Origin: Clostridiales bacterium
Lineage (GTDB): Bacteria > Bacillota > Clostridia > Oscillospirales > Oscillospiraceae
Assembly (NCBI GenBank): GCA_022770345.1
Contig: JALEII010000023.1
Coordinates: 1 to 59,613, forward strand
Direction: 5' to 3'
DNA: 59,613 nt
Under the pieces are notes generated by a model. That model was not told the origin of the DNA and made no database searches. It saw only the letters and a list, made by a program, of their open reading frames with translations. The translations under genes and the position numbers were made by a program. Positions 8,166-17,481 of this stretch are shown here, in pieces (position 1 is the first letter of the stretch; each line of letters starts with the position of its first letter).

Positions 8166-9404
8166 TCATGTATTTTTCGCCAAGCGTCGCCGATGCCAGA
8201 CGCTGTACAGCCGGACGGTGGTGGAAATGAGCAGGATGCTCACAGCCATGCCCCCCGCCACGGCCGCGGTGTGCCAGCCCCGCTCCACGAAGGCGTCCAT
8301 TTCCCCCCGAACGGCAAAGTGCATGGTGTAGTACACACCTGCACCGGGAATCAGCGGAAAAATCGACACCACCAGGTAGGAAATGGCGGGATATTTCCGC
8401 ACACGGGCCATTTTTTCTGCATAGCAGGCGGCGGTCAAGGTCCCCCAGAAGCAGGCTGTCACGTCCGTGCAACCCAAATTCAGAGCCAGCCGATAAATGC
8501 CCCAACAAAGGATTCCGCCCATAGCACAGAGTAAGCCGCCGGGGCCGTGGATGTTAAAAATGATAGAAAAGCCGATACAGCCTGTCAGACAGGCAATGCA
8601 CTCAATGAAGAAGGAGTGCACCAAAGTTGCTGCGCTCACCGGCATGGGAAGTAGCATCCCCGCTATATTCCAGGCAGCACCGGTACCCAATGCGATGGCC
8701 ATAGCGATCAGAATCACCTGCACCACCCTATTTATGCCGGAGTTGGTGTCTCCGAAAATAATGTCCCGCATGGCGTTGGTAAAGAGCAGCCCCGGCACCA
8801 GCAACATCAGAGCGCCGATGACCACCGAGTCCGGTCGGGATGTGACTCCTGCCGCCCCAAGGCCGTAGGCCGCAAAGGCCAGCACGAATGCAGAACAGAG
8901 GATACGAAAGAAGCTGTTGGCCTTCAGATCTGTCATAAACCGATCCACAAAGGCCACCAGAAGGCCGCAAAGTCCGGCGCACAGTCCGTCCACCCAGGAC
9001 CCACCGTAGAGCACGCAGAACCCGCCGGAGCCGAGAAAATGTCCCAGCAGAGTGCCCAGGAAGCCGTAACGGACCCTGGCAGCGTCCGTTTCCCTCATCC
9101 ATTGCCGGGCCACGGAGACATCCGGTGCTTCGGCGCAGATTTTCCGGCTGAGATTGCTGTATTTTTCCACGGAATCCAGATCATTTCCGTGCTCCTCCAC
9201 CCGGCGCATCCGGGTCATGGGCGTGCCGTCGGGAGTCTCGATGCTGACGGTAATGCAGTTTGGAATGGCAAAAACCTCGGAGACAATGCCGTAGGCCCCC
9301 AGAATACGATTGACGCTCTCCTCTACCCGAAAGGTCTCCGCACCGGATATGGCCAGCCGGTAGCCCAGATCCGTAGCCAGGTCCAGCAAGGCGCTGTAAT
9401 CCAC
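8166..9404 (-). CDS. Threonine/serine exporter (ThrE + ThrE_2 fusion)
   Basis: SGAETFRVEES N-terminal motif, LVPG and LIPG repeats, about 10 TM segments. Confidence 0.88.
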   Translation of the reverse strand: MDYSALLDLATDLGYRLAISGAETFRVEESVNRILGAYGIVSEVFAIPNCITVSIETPDGTPMTRMRRVEEHGNDLDSVEKYSNLSRKICAEAPDVSVARQWMRETDAARVRYGFLGTLLGHFLGSGGFCVLYGGSWVDGLCAGLCGLLVAFVDRFMTDLKANSFFRILCSAFVLAFAAYGLGAAGVTSRPDSVVIGALMLLVPGLLFTNAMRDIIFGDTNSGINRVVQVILIAMAIALGTGAAWNIAGMLLPMPVSAATLVHSFFIECIACLTGCIGFSIIFNIHGPGGLLCAMGGILCWGIYRLALNLGCTDVTACFWGTLTAACYAEKMARVRKYPAISYLVVSIFPLIPGAGVYYTMHFAVRGEMDAFVERGWHTAAVAGGMAVSILLISTTVRLYSVWHRRRLAKNT

Positions 9405-9592
9405 ACGCACCCCTCCTTCCAAAATAACGACAACAGTATATCATATTTTTCCGGGATTTCAAGAAGAAGTTGCCCCTCCCCGGCCTCATCCCGGGAAAAG
9501 GGGCTATCGCTGGGGAACGATTCCAAAAAGGGACAGGTCCGTTGCGACGGACTTTTCCCCCGCTTGCAGGCTATACTGCCCTTGCAAGGGGG

Positions 9593-10366
9593 GTGAGGGA
9601 AACGTATCTGGACCTGGCGTTGGCACTGAATTTTCTGGTGGACGGCTTATTGCTTTTAGGAGTCAACCGGCTGCTGGGGCGGCCTCCCAATTATCGCCAC
9701 TGCGCCCTAGGGGCGCTGCTGGGAGCCGGGTATGCATCAGCGTGTCTGTTGCCGGGATGGCGGTTCCTTGGGGGCATTCCGTGGCGTGTCGGCTGTCTGG
9801 CCCTCATGGCCCGAATCGCCTTCGGGGGCCGCCGGGAGGGGATCCGGGCAGGGCTTCTCTTTCTGCTGCTGTCCCTGGCATTGGGTGGGGCGGCCATGGG
9901 CTTCGGCGGGGGGTTTTTCGGAATTCTGGGCGCTGCGGGGTGTATTTTTCTGCTGGCCCTGGCCTGCATGGGTGGAAATAAGTTGGGGCAGCGGCTTCTG
10001 GAAGTAGAACTGGTCCGGAACGGACGGAAAGTCCATTTATTGGCCCTGGCAGACACCGGAAACGGCCTCCGGGACCCCATCACCGGGGAACAGGTCCTCA
10101 TCATTGGTCCGGAAGCGGCCCAGGCACTCACTGGCTTGACGAAAAAGCAGCTTGCAGACCCGGTAGGGACTCTGGCGGAGCGCCCCATTCCGTGCCTGCG
10201 GCTCATCCCATACCGGGTGGTGGGCCACGGCGGGATGCTGCTGGCGCTAAACGTGGAACAGGCCCGCATCGGGCAGTACCGGGGCAGCGTTCTGGTGGCC
10301 TTTGCTCCGGAGGAATTGGAAGCATCGGGACGGTATCAGGCATTGGCAGGAGGTATGTCGGGATGA
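9593..10366 (+). CDS. spoIIGA: Pro-sigmaE processing aspartic protease
   Basis: YLDL..LNFLVD N-terminus, DTGNGLRDP catalytic motif, LRLIPY; ATGA overlap with sigE. Confidence 0.9.
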   Translation: MRETYLDLALALNFLVDGLLLLGVNRLLGRPPNYRHCALGALLGAGYASACLLPGWRFLGGIPWRVGCLALMARIAFGGRREGIRAGLLFLLLSLALGGAAMGFGGGFFGILGAAGCIFLLALACMGGNKLGQRLLEVELVRNGRKVHLLALADTGNGLRDPITGEQVLIIGPEAAQALTGLTKKQLADPVGTLAERPIPCLRLIPYRVVGHGGMLLALNVEQARIGQYRGSVLVAFAPEELEASGRYQALAGGMSG

Positions 10367-11064
10367 AGAAACTGATTCGACTTTTACAGGCACTTCTGAG
10401 CCGGAACACGGTCTATTACGTTGGCGGTAGCGATGTGCTGCCCCCGCCCCTGAAAGGGGCAGAAGAACAGCAGGCCCTCCGGGACCTGGAAGCCGGGGAC
10501 GAGAATGCCAAGCAGTTGCTCATCGAGCGGAACCTACGGCTGGTGGTCTTTCTGGCCCGGCGGTTTGAGAACACCGGAGTCAATCTGGAGGACCTGATCT
10601 CCATCGGCACCATCGGCCTTATCAAGGCCATCAGCACCTACCGGCTGGACCGGAACATCAAGCTGGCCACTTATGCCTCCCGGTGCATCGAAAACGAAAT
10701 TCTCATGCACATCCGCAAAATTGCCCCCCTGAAAGCGGAGGTCTCCCTGGACGAGCCCATCAACACGGACGGCGACGGCAACGAATTGCTCCTTTCGGAC
10801 GTACTGGGAACAGACGAGGACATGATCTTGAAGCCCCTGGAGGACGACGTGGACCTGCGGCTCCTCCATCAGGCCGTGGGGGCGTTGCCGGAGCGGGAGC
10901 GGGAGATCGTTGCCATGCGCTTCGGCCTGTGGGGCCGCCGGGAGCTGACTCAGAAAGAGGTAGCCCGAAAAATGGGCATTTCCCAATCCTACATCTCCCG
11001 GCTGGAAAAGCGCATCATGCTGCGGCTGAAAAAAGAACTGGTCCGGCAGACCGGCTGTGCATAA
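10363..11064 (+). CDS. sigE: RNA polymerase sporulation sigma factor E
   Basis: [51 protein letters not shown]. Confidence 0.95.
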   Translation: MKKLIRLLQALLSRNTVYYVGGSDVLPPPLKGAEEQQALRDLEAGDENAKQLLIERNLRLVVFLARRFENTGVNLEDLISIGTIGLIKAISTYRLDRNIKLATYASRCIENEILMHIRKIAPLKAEVSLDEPINTDGDGNELLLSDVLGTDEDMILKPLEDDVDLRLLHQAVGALPEREREIVAMRFGLWGRRELTQKEVARKMGISQSYISRLEKRIMLRLKKELVRQTGCA

Positions 11065-11071
11065 GTGAGGC

Positions 11072-11120
11072 TTGCAAATTTGCTTTCGGTATGGTATAAT
11101 CGATACTGAAATATATCGAT
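11072..11120 (+). promoter_or_regulatory. SigA promoter of rex with overlapping inverted repeat
   Basis: TTGCAA-17-TATAAT with TG extension; ATCGATA-N8-TATCGAT at 11099-11120. Confidence 0.7.
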
Positions 11121-11149
11121 ATACCGGAAATCGAAAGGAAGGAAGCCCC

Positions 11150-11788
11150 ATGGAAAAGAAGGAAATTTCCAAAGCCGTGCTGAAACGCCTGCCCGGTTAC
11201 CTGACCTACCTGCGCTCCCTGCCGGAGGGCAGCGCCCCCTATATCTCCGCCACCGCCCTGGCCGCCGCTCTGGGCATGGGCGAGGTGCAGGTCCGCAAGG
11301 ACCTGGCCATGGTCTCCGACGGAGGCCGCCCCAAGATCGGTTACCAGCGGGAGAGCCTCATTGAGGACATCGAGCAGTTTCTGGGCTACGACAATGCCAC
11401 GGACGCCGTACTCATCGGAGCCGGAAAGCTTGGCCAGGCGTTGCTGGGCTACAAAGGCTTTGCGGAGTATGGCCTGAACATTCTGGCGGCCTTTGATGTG
11501 GCCCCCAAGTCCGGCCACACTGAGGATGGCAAGCCCATTTATCCCATGGAAAAGCTGCAAGGCTTCTGCCGGAGCCATAAGGTCCTCATGGGCATCATCA
11601 CCGTACCGGAGGCCAACGCGCAGCAGGTTTGCGACCAGCTTATCGCCAGCGGCATCAAGGCCATCTGGAGCTTTGCCCCCACCCATCTGGAGGTGCCGGA
11701 CAACATCCTCGTACAGCACGAAAACATGGCGACCTCGCTGGCTGTGCTTTCCATGCACCTGCAGGCACAAATTAAGGAAAAAAAGTAA
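11150..11788 (+). CDS. rex: Redox-sensing transcriptional repressor Rex family
   Basis: KRLPGYL, QVRKDL, GY wing, IGAGKLG Rossmann motif, IWSFAP. Confidence 0.92.
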   Translation: MEKKEISKAVLKRLPGYLTYLRSLPEGSAPYISATALAAALGMGEVQVRKDLAMVSDGGRPKIGYQRESLIEDIEQFLGYDNATDAVLIGAGKLGQALLGYKGFAEYGLNILAAFDVAPKSGHTEDGKPIYPMEKLQGFCRSHKVLMGIITVPEANAQQVCDQLIASGIKAIWSFAPTHLEVPDNILVQHENMATSLAVLSMHLQAQIKEKK

Positions 11789-11828
11789 AAATTTCCCCGA
11801 TACCGGTTTTGGTATCGGGGAAATTTTC
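11787..11828. terminator. Bidirectional terminator rex/rpiB
   Basis: AAAATTTCCCCGATACC/GGTATCGGGGAAAATTTT between convergent genes. Confidence 0.8.
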
Positions 11829-12267
11829 ACTCCTCCATAGCTTTCAGCTTGGCCAGCCGGCGCACATGGCGCTCCTCTCCGGAGAAGGGGGTGGTCAGCC
11901 AGGTATCAGCAATCTCAAAGGCCAGATTCTCACCTACTACACCGGCGCCCATGGCCATCATGTTGGTGTCGTTGTGAAGTCGGGTCATCCGAGCGGACAT
12001 GATGTCCGAAAGCAGGGCGCAGCGGACGCCTTTCACCTTATTGGCGGCAATGGACATTCCGATGCCGGTGGTGCAAAGCACGATACCCCGGTCGCACGCA
12101 CCACTGGCGACCGCCCGAGCGGCAGGACCGGCATAGTCGGGATAGTCGCAGCTGGCAGTGGTATCCGTACCGAAGTTCACGACCTCGTAGCCCTCGTTGC
12201 GGAGATGTTCCATGAGATGCTCCTTCAGGGTCACAGCCCCGTGATCGCAGGCAATGGCAATTTTCAT
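11827..12267 (-). CDS. rpiB: Ribose-5-phosphate isomerase B
   Basis: ACDHG, DYPD, CTTGIGMSIAANK, RHVRR. Confidence 0.95.
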   Translation of the reverse strand: MKIAIACDHGAVTLKEHLMEHLRNEGYEVVNFGTDTTASCDYPDYAGPAARAVASGACDRGIVLCTTGIGMSIAANKVKGVRCALLSDIMSARMTRLHNDTNMMAMGAGVVGENLAFEIADTWLTTPFSGEERHVRRLAKLKAMEE

Positions 12268-12292
12268 TTCTGTTTCCTCCTAAGAAAATCTA

Positions 12293-12991
12293 TCAGATGA
12301 CATAGCCGCCGTTGACGGCAAGTATCTCACCGGTAATAAACTCCGCCCCTGCCAGATATTCCATGGCATAGGCCACATCCTCCGGTTTGCCGTTCCGGCC
12401 CACCGGAGTTTCCTCCGCCAGTCCGGTCAGCACTTCGGGAGCCACGCTGGCGCACATATCCGTTAAAATCACGCCGGGGGCCACGCAGTTCACCCGGATG
12501 CCGCTGGGACCGAGTTCCTTCGCCAGGGCCTTGGTCAGGGCAATGACCGCTCCCTTAGTGGCCGAGTATGCCGCCTCGCAGGAGGCGCCCACCTGCCCCC
12601 ACATGGAGCTGACCGTAATAATACTGCCCTTCTGGGCCTGTAAAAAGGCAGGCATAGCCGCCTTCACGCAGGTATAAATGCCCTTCACGTTCACGGCGAA
12701 GATTCGGTCCCAATCTTCTTCGCTCAGGTCCTGCAGAAGGCCGTAGCGGCAGATTCCGGCGCAGAGAATGAGATTATCCAGGTGTCCGATGGTCTCGAAG
12801 GCCCGCCGGACCGCTTCCCCGTCCGCCACGTCGCAGCAGATTGCCTCCGCCCCGGTGGCCTGTGCCACTTTCCGGGCAGCTTCGTGGTCCTTTTCATAGA
12901 GGAACACCACCCGGTCCCCCCGGGCAGCGAACCGTGCCACCGTTGCAGCCCCGATGCCACGGGAGCCGCCGGTTATGACTGTTGTTTCCAT
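12293..12991 (-). CDS. SDR oxidoreductase, FabG/YmfI-like
   Basis: TGGSRGIG and YSATK motifs; SSMWGQVGASCE resembles the YmfI (EF-P modification) subfamily. Confidence 0.85.
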   Translation of the reverse strand: METTVITGGSRGIGAATVARFAARGDRVVFLYEKDHEAARKVAQATGAEAICCDVADGEAVRRAFETIGHLDNLILCAGICRYGLLQDLSEEDWDRIFAVNVKGIYTCVKAAMPAFLQAQKGSIITVSSMWGQVGASCEAAYSATKGAVIALTKALAKELGPSGIRVNCVAPGVILTDMCASVAPEVLTGLAEETPVGRNGKPEDVAYAMEYLAGAEFITGEILAVNGGYVI

Positions 12992-12993
12992 AG

Positions 12994-13842
12994 TCAGCCC
13001 TCCGGGAAGTAAAGATCGATGTCCGCTTCCCCGTCGATGCCAGGGACCGTACCGGTGCTGGTGTATTGCCACATATCGATCTGGTAGGGATAGACCATGT
13101 TCCGGTACATGGCCAGCCAGAAGCCGTACTCCGTCAGTTCGGAAAGCTCCAGAAGATCGTCCCCCTGGGCCTGGCTGAAATAAAGCATGGGGGTATAGCC
13201 TGCGGCCTTGACAGCCTCGCAGAATACCCGGGTGGCGCTGGTCAGGGCAGTCTTGCCGATATTCGCCGTCCGGGCAGAGGAGGAAACATACTCCCAGTCA
13301 AATACCACCGGCATATCGATCTGCCAGTCCTTGATCTGCTCCAACGTGAAGGCCGCTTCAGCGGCAGCTTCTTCGTCGTTCAGAGCCTGAGAGAAGAAAT
13401 AAGCGCCGATCTTCAGTCCGGCAGCCTTGGCCCCTTCGTAGTGGATTTGGGCCTCGGTGTCTGCGTACAGCTCCCCGGTCTCATAGCCCCGGTAGCCCAC
13501 CCGGATGATGACGAATTCCACACCGGAGTTCTTCACCGCCTGCCAGTCCACGTTGATCTGATGCTCGGACACATCCACGCCCACCACGCTCTTTCCGGCG
13601 GTCAGGTGCAGATAGCCGTCCACGCCGTAGGAAAAGTCCGTGGCGAAATAGGGGTTGGACGGTGGCTGGGGCAAGGTCTCCTCCGTGGGCCGGGAAATAT
13701 CTCCCTGGCTGGCATCCGGCTCCGACGGCTCCCCGCCGGGCTGCAAACCCCGGACGAAGGCAATGACAATGCCGATGAGCACCAGCGCCGCCAAGCCCAC
13801 AGCAACAGCTTTTATCAGAAATATCTTTTTCTCTTTATCCAT
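12994..13842 (-). CDS. Membrane-anchored GH25 muramidase
   Basis: N-terminal TM, GVDVSEHQ, IRVGYRGY, VFDWE, MWQYTSTGTVPGI. Confidence 0.92.
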   Translation of the reverse strand: MDKEKKIFLIKAVAVGLAALVLIGIVIAFVRGLQPGGEPSEPDASQGDISRPTEETLPQPPSNPYFATDFSYGVDGYLHLTAGKSVVGVDVSEHQINVDWQAVKNSGVEFVIIRVGYRGYETGELYADTEAQIHYEGAKAAGLKIGAYFFSQALNDEEAAAEAAFTLEQIKDWQIDMPVVFDWEYVSSSARTANIGKTALTSATRVFCEAVKAAGYTPMLYFSQAQGDDLLELSELTEYGFWLAMYRNMVYPYQIDMWQYTSTGTVPGIDGEADIDLYFPEG

Positions 13843-13962
13843 TTGACAACTCCAATCGCCTCATAGGCTTTTGACTCTTTGCTCAGTATAGCATATTTTT
13901 GCCTCTGGGGCAACGATTTTTTCCGAAAGCCGAAAATTCAGCCGGAAACAACTGTTTATCTC

Positions 13963-13991
13963 TTGCAAACAAGCCACATTCGTGATATAGT
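13963..13991 (+). promoter_or_regulatory. SigA promoter of the tldD-pmbA leader
   Basis: TTGCAA-17 nt-TATAGT. Confidence 0.65.
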
Positions 13992-13995
13992 AGTA

Positions 13996-14190
13996 GCGAT
14001 TCGTCGATGCAACGAGGCGTTGAGGCCGGTCCCAACGGCTTGTTGGGATGTAAGGTTCCTTTTCAACCGACGCTTTCTTGCATTTTCCGCCTCCTTGTGA
14101 GAAAATCCTTGCAGCGATTCCAGGCGGCGAATCGTTATCCTGGCAACCCCCGCTCCCGCCAGGGAGACATTCCAATAAAAGGAGAGCAGT
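13996..14190 (+). ncRNA. Candidate structured 5' leader / cis-regulatory RNA (unassigned family)
   Basis: Nested stems 13996-14006/14125-14135, 14007-14022/14068-14083, 14030-14048, 14083-14105 (CUCCUU loop) and 14138-14164. G-U pairs favour the plus strand. Confidence 0.5.
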
Positions 14191-14192
14191 TT

Positions 14193-15572
14193 ATGATTTC
14201 AAGAGAAGTTTGCAGGCGTGTTCTGCAAAAGGCCGTATCCACCGGTGCGGACTACGCAGAGCTCTTCGCCGAAAACACCGTCAATCACTCCATCCGCATG
14301 ATCGCCGATAAAGTGGACGCCATCCAGGATGCCGTGGTGGCCGGTGCCGCCGTGCGGGTCTATAAGGGTCTGCGAAGCGTCATGGCCTCCACTGTAGATA
14401 CCAGCGAATCCGGTCTCCTCCGCTGCGCCGAGCAGGCCGCCGAGGCCCTGGGCCAGGGCAAGGCCGCAATCGACATCGTGCTGCACGAGCGTCTGTTTGG
14501 GGACATTCACCCCGTAAAAATCGCCCCCACCAGCGTTTCCAACGCTGAGAAGATCGACGTGGTAAAGGCGTCCTACGCCGCCGCCAAGGCCTATGACCCC
14601 TCCATCGTTCAGGTCACCTGCCAGCTGCTGGATGTGGACCACAATATTCTCATTGCCAACACCGAAGGCACCTATGCTCAGGACCGCCAGATCCGGACCC
14701 GACTCTTTACCCAGGCCGTAGCCGAGAAGAACGGCGAGACCCAGGTGGGCTATCATGCCCCCGGCCGCCGGATGGGCATGGAAATGTTCGACTTCATCGA
14801 CCCCAAGGCCGTGGGCGTTCGGGCTGCCAAGCAGGCCGTCACCATGGCGGGGGCCGGTTACTGCCCCGCAGGCGTGATGACCGTGGCCATTGAGAACGGT
14901 TTCGGCGGCGTTATCTTCCACGAATCCTGCGGCCACTCTCTGGAAGCCAGCGCCGTGGCCTACGGCCAGAGCCAGTTCTGCGGCAAGCTGGGCCAGAAAA
15001 TTGCCAATGAGAAGGTCACTGCCATCGACGACGGCACCATCCCCAACGCCTGGGGCTCCATCAACATCGATGATGAAGGCACCCCCGCCCAGCGGAAGGT
15101 CCTGATTGAAAACGGCATCCTGAAGAGCTACATGATCGACAAGTTCAACGGCCGCCGGATGGGCATGGCCTCCACCGGCTCCTCCCGCCGTCAGAGCTTT
15201 GCCTACACCCCCACCTCCCGTATGACCAATACCTACATTGCCGCAGGCAATGACAAGAACGAGGACATCATTGCTTCCATCGAGTACGGCCTCTACGCCA
15301 AGGAAATGGGCGGCGGCTCCGTAAACCCTGTCACCGGTGAATTCAACTTCGCCGTCAACGAGGGCTACATCGTCCGCAACGGCAAGATCTGCGAGCCGGT
15401 CCGGGGTGCCAGCCTGGTTGGCAAGGGCTCCGAGATCCTGCAGAACATCGATATGGTGGGTACGGATATGGATATGGGCCAAGGTATGTGCGGCTCCTCC
15501 AGTGGCTCCGTCCCCACCAACGTGGGCCAGCCCCTGATCCGGGTGTCGTCCATCACCGTCGGCGGCAGATAA
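14193..15572 (+). CDS. tldD: TldD metalloprotease
   Basis: HESCGH zinc motif, DDEG, RMTNT, GMCG near the C-terminus. Confidence 0.93.
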   Translation: MISREVCRRVLQKAVSTGADYAELFAENTVNHSIRMIADKVDAIQDAVVAGAAVRVYKGLRSVMASTVDTSESGLLRCAEQAAEALGQGKAAIDIVLHERLFGDIHPVKIAPTSVSNAEKIDVVKASYAAAKAYDPSIVQVTCQLLDVDHNILIANTEGTYAQDRQIRTRLFTQAVAEKNGETQVGYHAPGRRMGMEMFDFIDPKAVGVRAAKQAVTMAGAGYCPAGVMTVAIENGFGGVIFHESCGHSLEASAVAYGQSQFCGKLGQKIANEKVTAIDDGTIPNAWGSINIDDEGTPAQRKVLIENGILKSYMIDKFNGRRMGMASTGSSRRQSFAYTPTSRMTNTYIAAGNDKNEDIIASIEYGLYAKEMGGGSVNPVTGEFNFAVNEGYIVRNGKICEPVRGASLVGKGSEILQNIDMVGTDMDMGQGMCGSSSGSVPTNVGQPLIRVSSITVGGR

Positions 15573-15584
15573 GGAGGGATTACC

Positions 15585-16931
15585 ATGGAATTTACCGAAT
15601 TTAAGAATGCGGTCATTGCCGAGGCCAAGGCCCTGGGTCTGACCGACTACGAACTGTACTATCAGAGCGGCTCCGACCTGTCCGTGTCCGCTTTTCAGCA
15701 TGAGATCAACCAGTTCAGTTCCTCCATTGACGGCGGCGTGTGCTTCCGCTGCCTGGTGAACGGAAAAATGGGCTACGCCTCCACCCAGGCGCTCAGCGCC
15801 GACCAGGCCAAGAGCATCGTGGCCCACGCCATGGAGAACGCCGCTTCTCTGGAGGCCGAGGAGGAAGAATTCCTCTGCCCCGGCGGCAAGACTTACGCGC
15901 CTCTGGACCGAAAGCCCTACACGCTGCCCTCCACGGAGGAACTGATTGCCGCCGTGCTGGACACCCAGGACAAGCTCTACGCTGCCGACCCCTCCGTCAT
16001 TGACGGCACCAGCGCCCGGGGCCTGGCCCAGACCATGCGCATTGCCATCTGCAACTCCAAGGGCCTGGACGTGTCCTATGAATCCAGCGTGGCAGGCCTC
16101 ATCGCCATGCCCACCGTGTCCGACGGCACGGAAATGGAGAACGACTTCTCCGCCAAGCTGGGCAAGCTGGACACCATTGACGCCAAGGCTCTGGCCGATA
16201 AGGCTGTGGCCCGTGCCAAGGGCAATCTGGGCGGCGAAGTGCCCACCACCCAGGCCTGCCCGGTCATCTTCGACCCGGAGGCCATGTCCGACCTGCTCCA
16301 GACCTTCTCCGGCATTTTCTCCGCCGAGAGCGCCCAGAAGGGCCTGTCCCGGCTGGCCGGGCAGGAGGGTCAGGTCATTGCCGCTCCTTGCGTGACTCTG
16401 GTGGACGACCCCTTCCATCCGGACAACCCCATGCCCATCAATTTCGACGCTGAGGGCTGCCCCACCTACAAGAAGAACATTATTGAAAACGGTGTGCTGA
16501 CCACCCTGCTCTACAATATGAAGACCGCCGCCGTGGCCGGAAAAGAGACCACCGGCAACGCCTTCAAGGGCAGCTACACCTCCCCCGTAGGCATCGAGCC
16601 CTTCACCATGTACCTGGCAGGCGGCGACTTGACCGAGGAAGAACTGCTTGCCAAGGCCGGAAACGGCGTGTACATCACGTCCCTGGGCGGCCTCCATGCA
16701 GGTGCCAACGCCATCACCGGCGACTTCTCCCTGCAAAGCGCCGGGTTCCTCATCGAGAACGGCAAAAAGGCCACCCATGTGAAGTCCTTCACCGTGGCCG
16801 GTAACTTCTACCAGCTGCTCAAAAACATCACTGCTCTGGCCAACAACACCCAACTGCCCGCGCCCTTCGACATGACCACCTTCGGTGCGCCCAGCGTGCT
16901 GGTGGAGGGTCTGTCCATCGCCGGTAAGTAA
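15585..16931 (+). CDS. pmbA: PmbA/TldE non-catalytic partner
   Basis: FDAEG, GLHAGAN, TGDFS, VAGN; no HExxxH; follows tldD. Confidence 0.92.
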   Translation: MEFTEFKNAVIAEAKALGLTDYELYYQSGSDLSVSAFQHEINQFSSSIDGGVCFRCLVNGKMGYASTQALSADQAKSIVAHAMENAASLEAEEEEFLCPGGKTYAPLDRKPYTLPSTEELIAAVLDTQDKLYAADPSVIDGTSARGLAQTMRIAICNSKGLDVSYESSVAGLIAMPTVSDGTEMENDFSAKLGKLDTIDAKALADKAVARAKGNLGGEVPTTQACPVIFDPEAMSDLLQTFSGIFSAESAQKGLSRLAGQEGQVIAAPCVTLVDDPFHPDNPMPINFDAEGCPTYKKNIIENGVLTTLLYNMKTAAVAGKETTGNAFKGSYTSPVGIEPFTMYLAGGDLTEEELLAKAGNGVYITSLGGLHAGANAITGDFSLQSAGFLIENGKKATHVKSFTVAGNFYQLLKNITALANNTQLPAPFDMTTFGAPSVLVEGLSIAGK

Positions 16932-16950
16932 AATTTTTCTCATGGCTTCG

Positions 16951-16979
16951 TCCGGCTCCCTTCGGGGGGCCGGATTTTT
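16951..16979 (+). terminator. Terminator of tldD-pmbA
   Basis: TCCGGCTCCC-TTCG-GGGGGCCGGA followed by TTTTT. Confidence 0.8.
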
Positions 16980-17481
16980 GCGTCTCCTGGGACGAACGGC
17001 AGAATGCAGTGCCGTTCGTCCCGTTTTTTCTGCCGTGTATCCCTGAAGGGTCTTATTTATCCCGGCATATCGCACGATTGGCACAAGTCCATTGTAACCA
17101 TCTTTGGTGAATACTGAGCCAATTCTCTTTTCCTCCTATTTGATCGTGAGAGGGACACGCAGCAATGCGTATCCCTCTCCATTTTTTACTTCTTCTCCAA
17201 GGCAATGCCTGCCGGGTCTTTCCTTTTGGGAGACTTTACGCCATAATGAAGAAAATTTCAGGAAAGGGGCTTTGCCCCCAAGAAGGGCCGGTCAAAGCTC
17301 TGGCGGTCTCTGGGGAAAGTGCTGTTACTGCTCCGTGTCCCGTCAGGAAGATACACCATGAAAAAGCCTCCTTCCGGGGAGGCTTTTTCGCCCCGCCGAA
17401 AGTTAGTTTTCCTTAGAAAAGCCACGCCCCGGAGGAAAACTCTTTCTTCTCCTTCGGGGCGTTTTTTGAGATTTAGGCGAT

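Noticed and set aside
9423-9592. Spo0A boxes upstream of spoIIGA
   Set aside because: Expected from biology, but I see only degenerate matches to TGNCGAA, not enough to call.
13880-14095. Minus-strand AGGAGG + ATG mini-ORF (MQESVG-TGA) as a selenoprotein or leader peptide
   Set aside because: The read-through product has no recognisable motif, and the G-U pairs and promoter support a plus-strand RNA instead.
14007-14192. 62-codon in-frame N-terminal extension of TldD
   Set aside because: No RBS at 14007; there is a good AAGGAG before ATG 14193, where TldD-like sequence begins.
14199-17084. 961-aa antisense ORF over tldD-pmbA (similarly 18534-20378, 22530-25112, 26407-28818, 39655-42561, 53994-55655, 57437-58846)
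   Set aside because: These are antisense shadows of well-supported genes with strong GC3 bias; they have no motifs or RBS.
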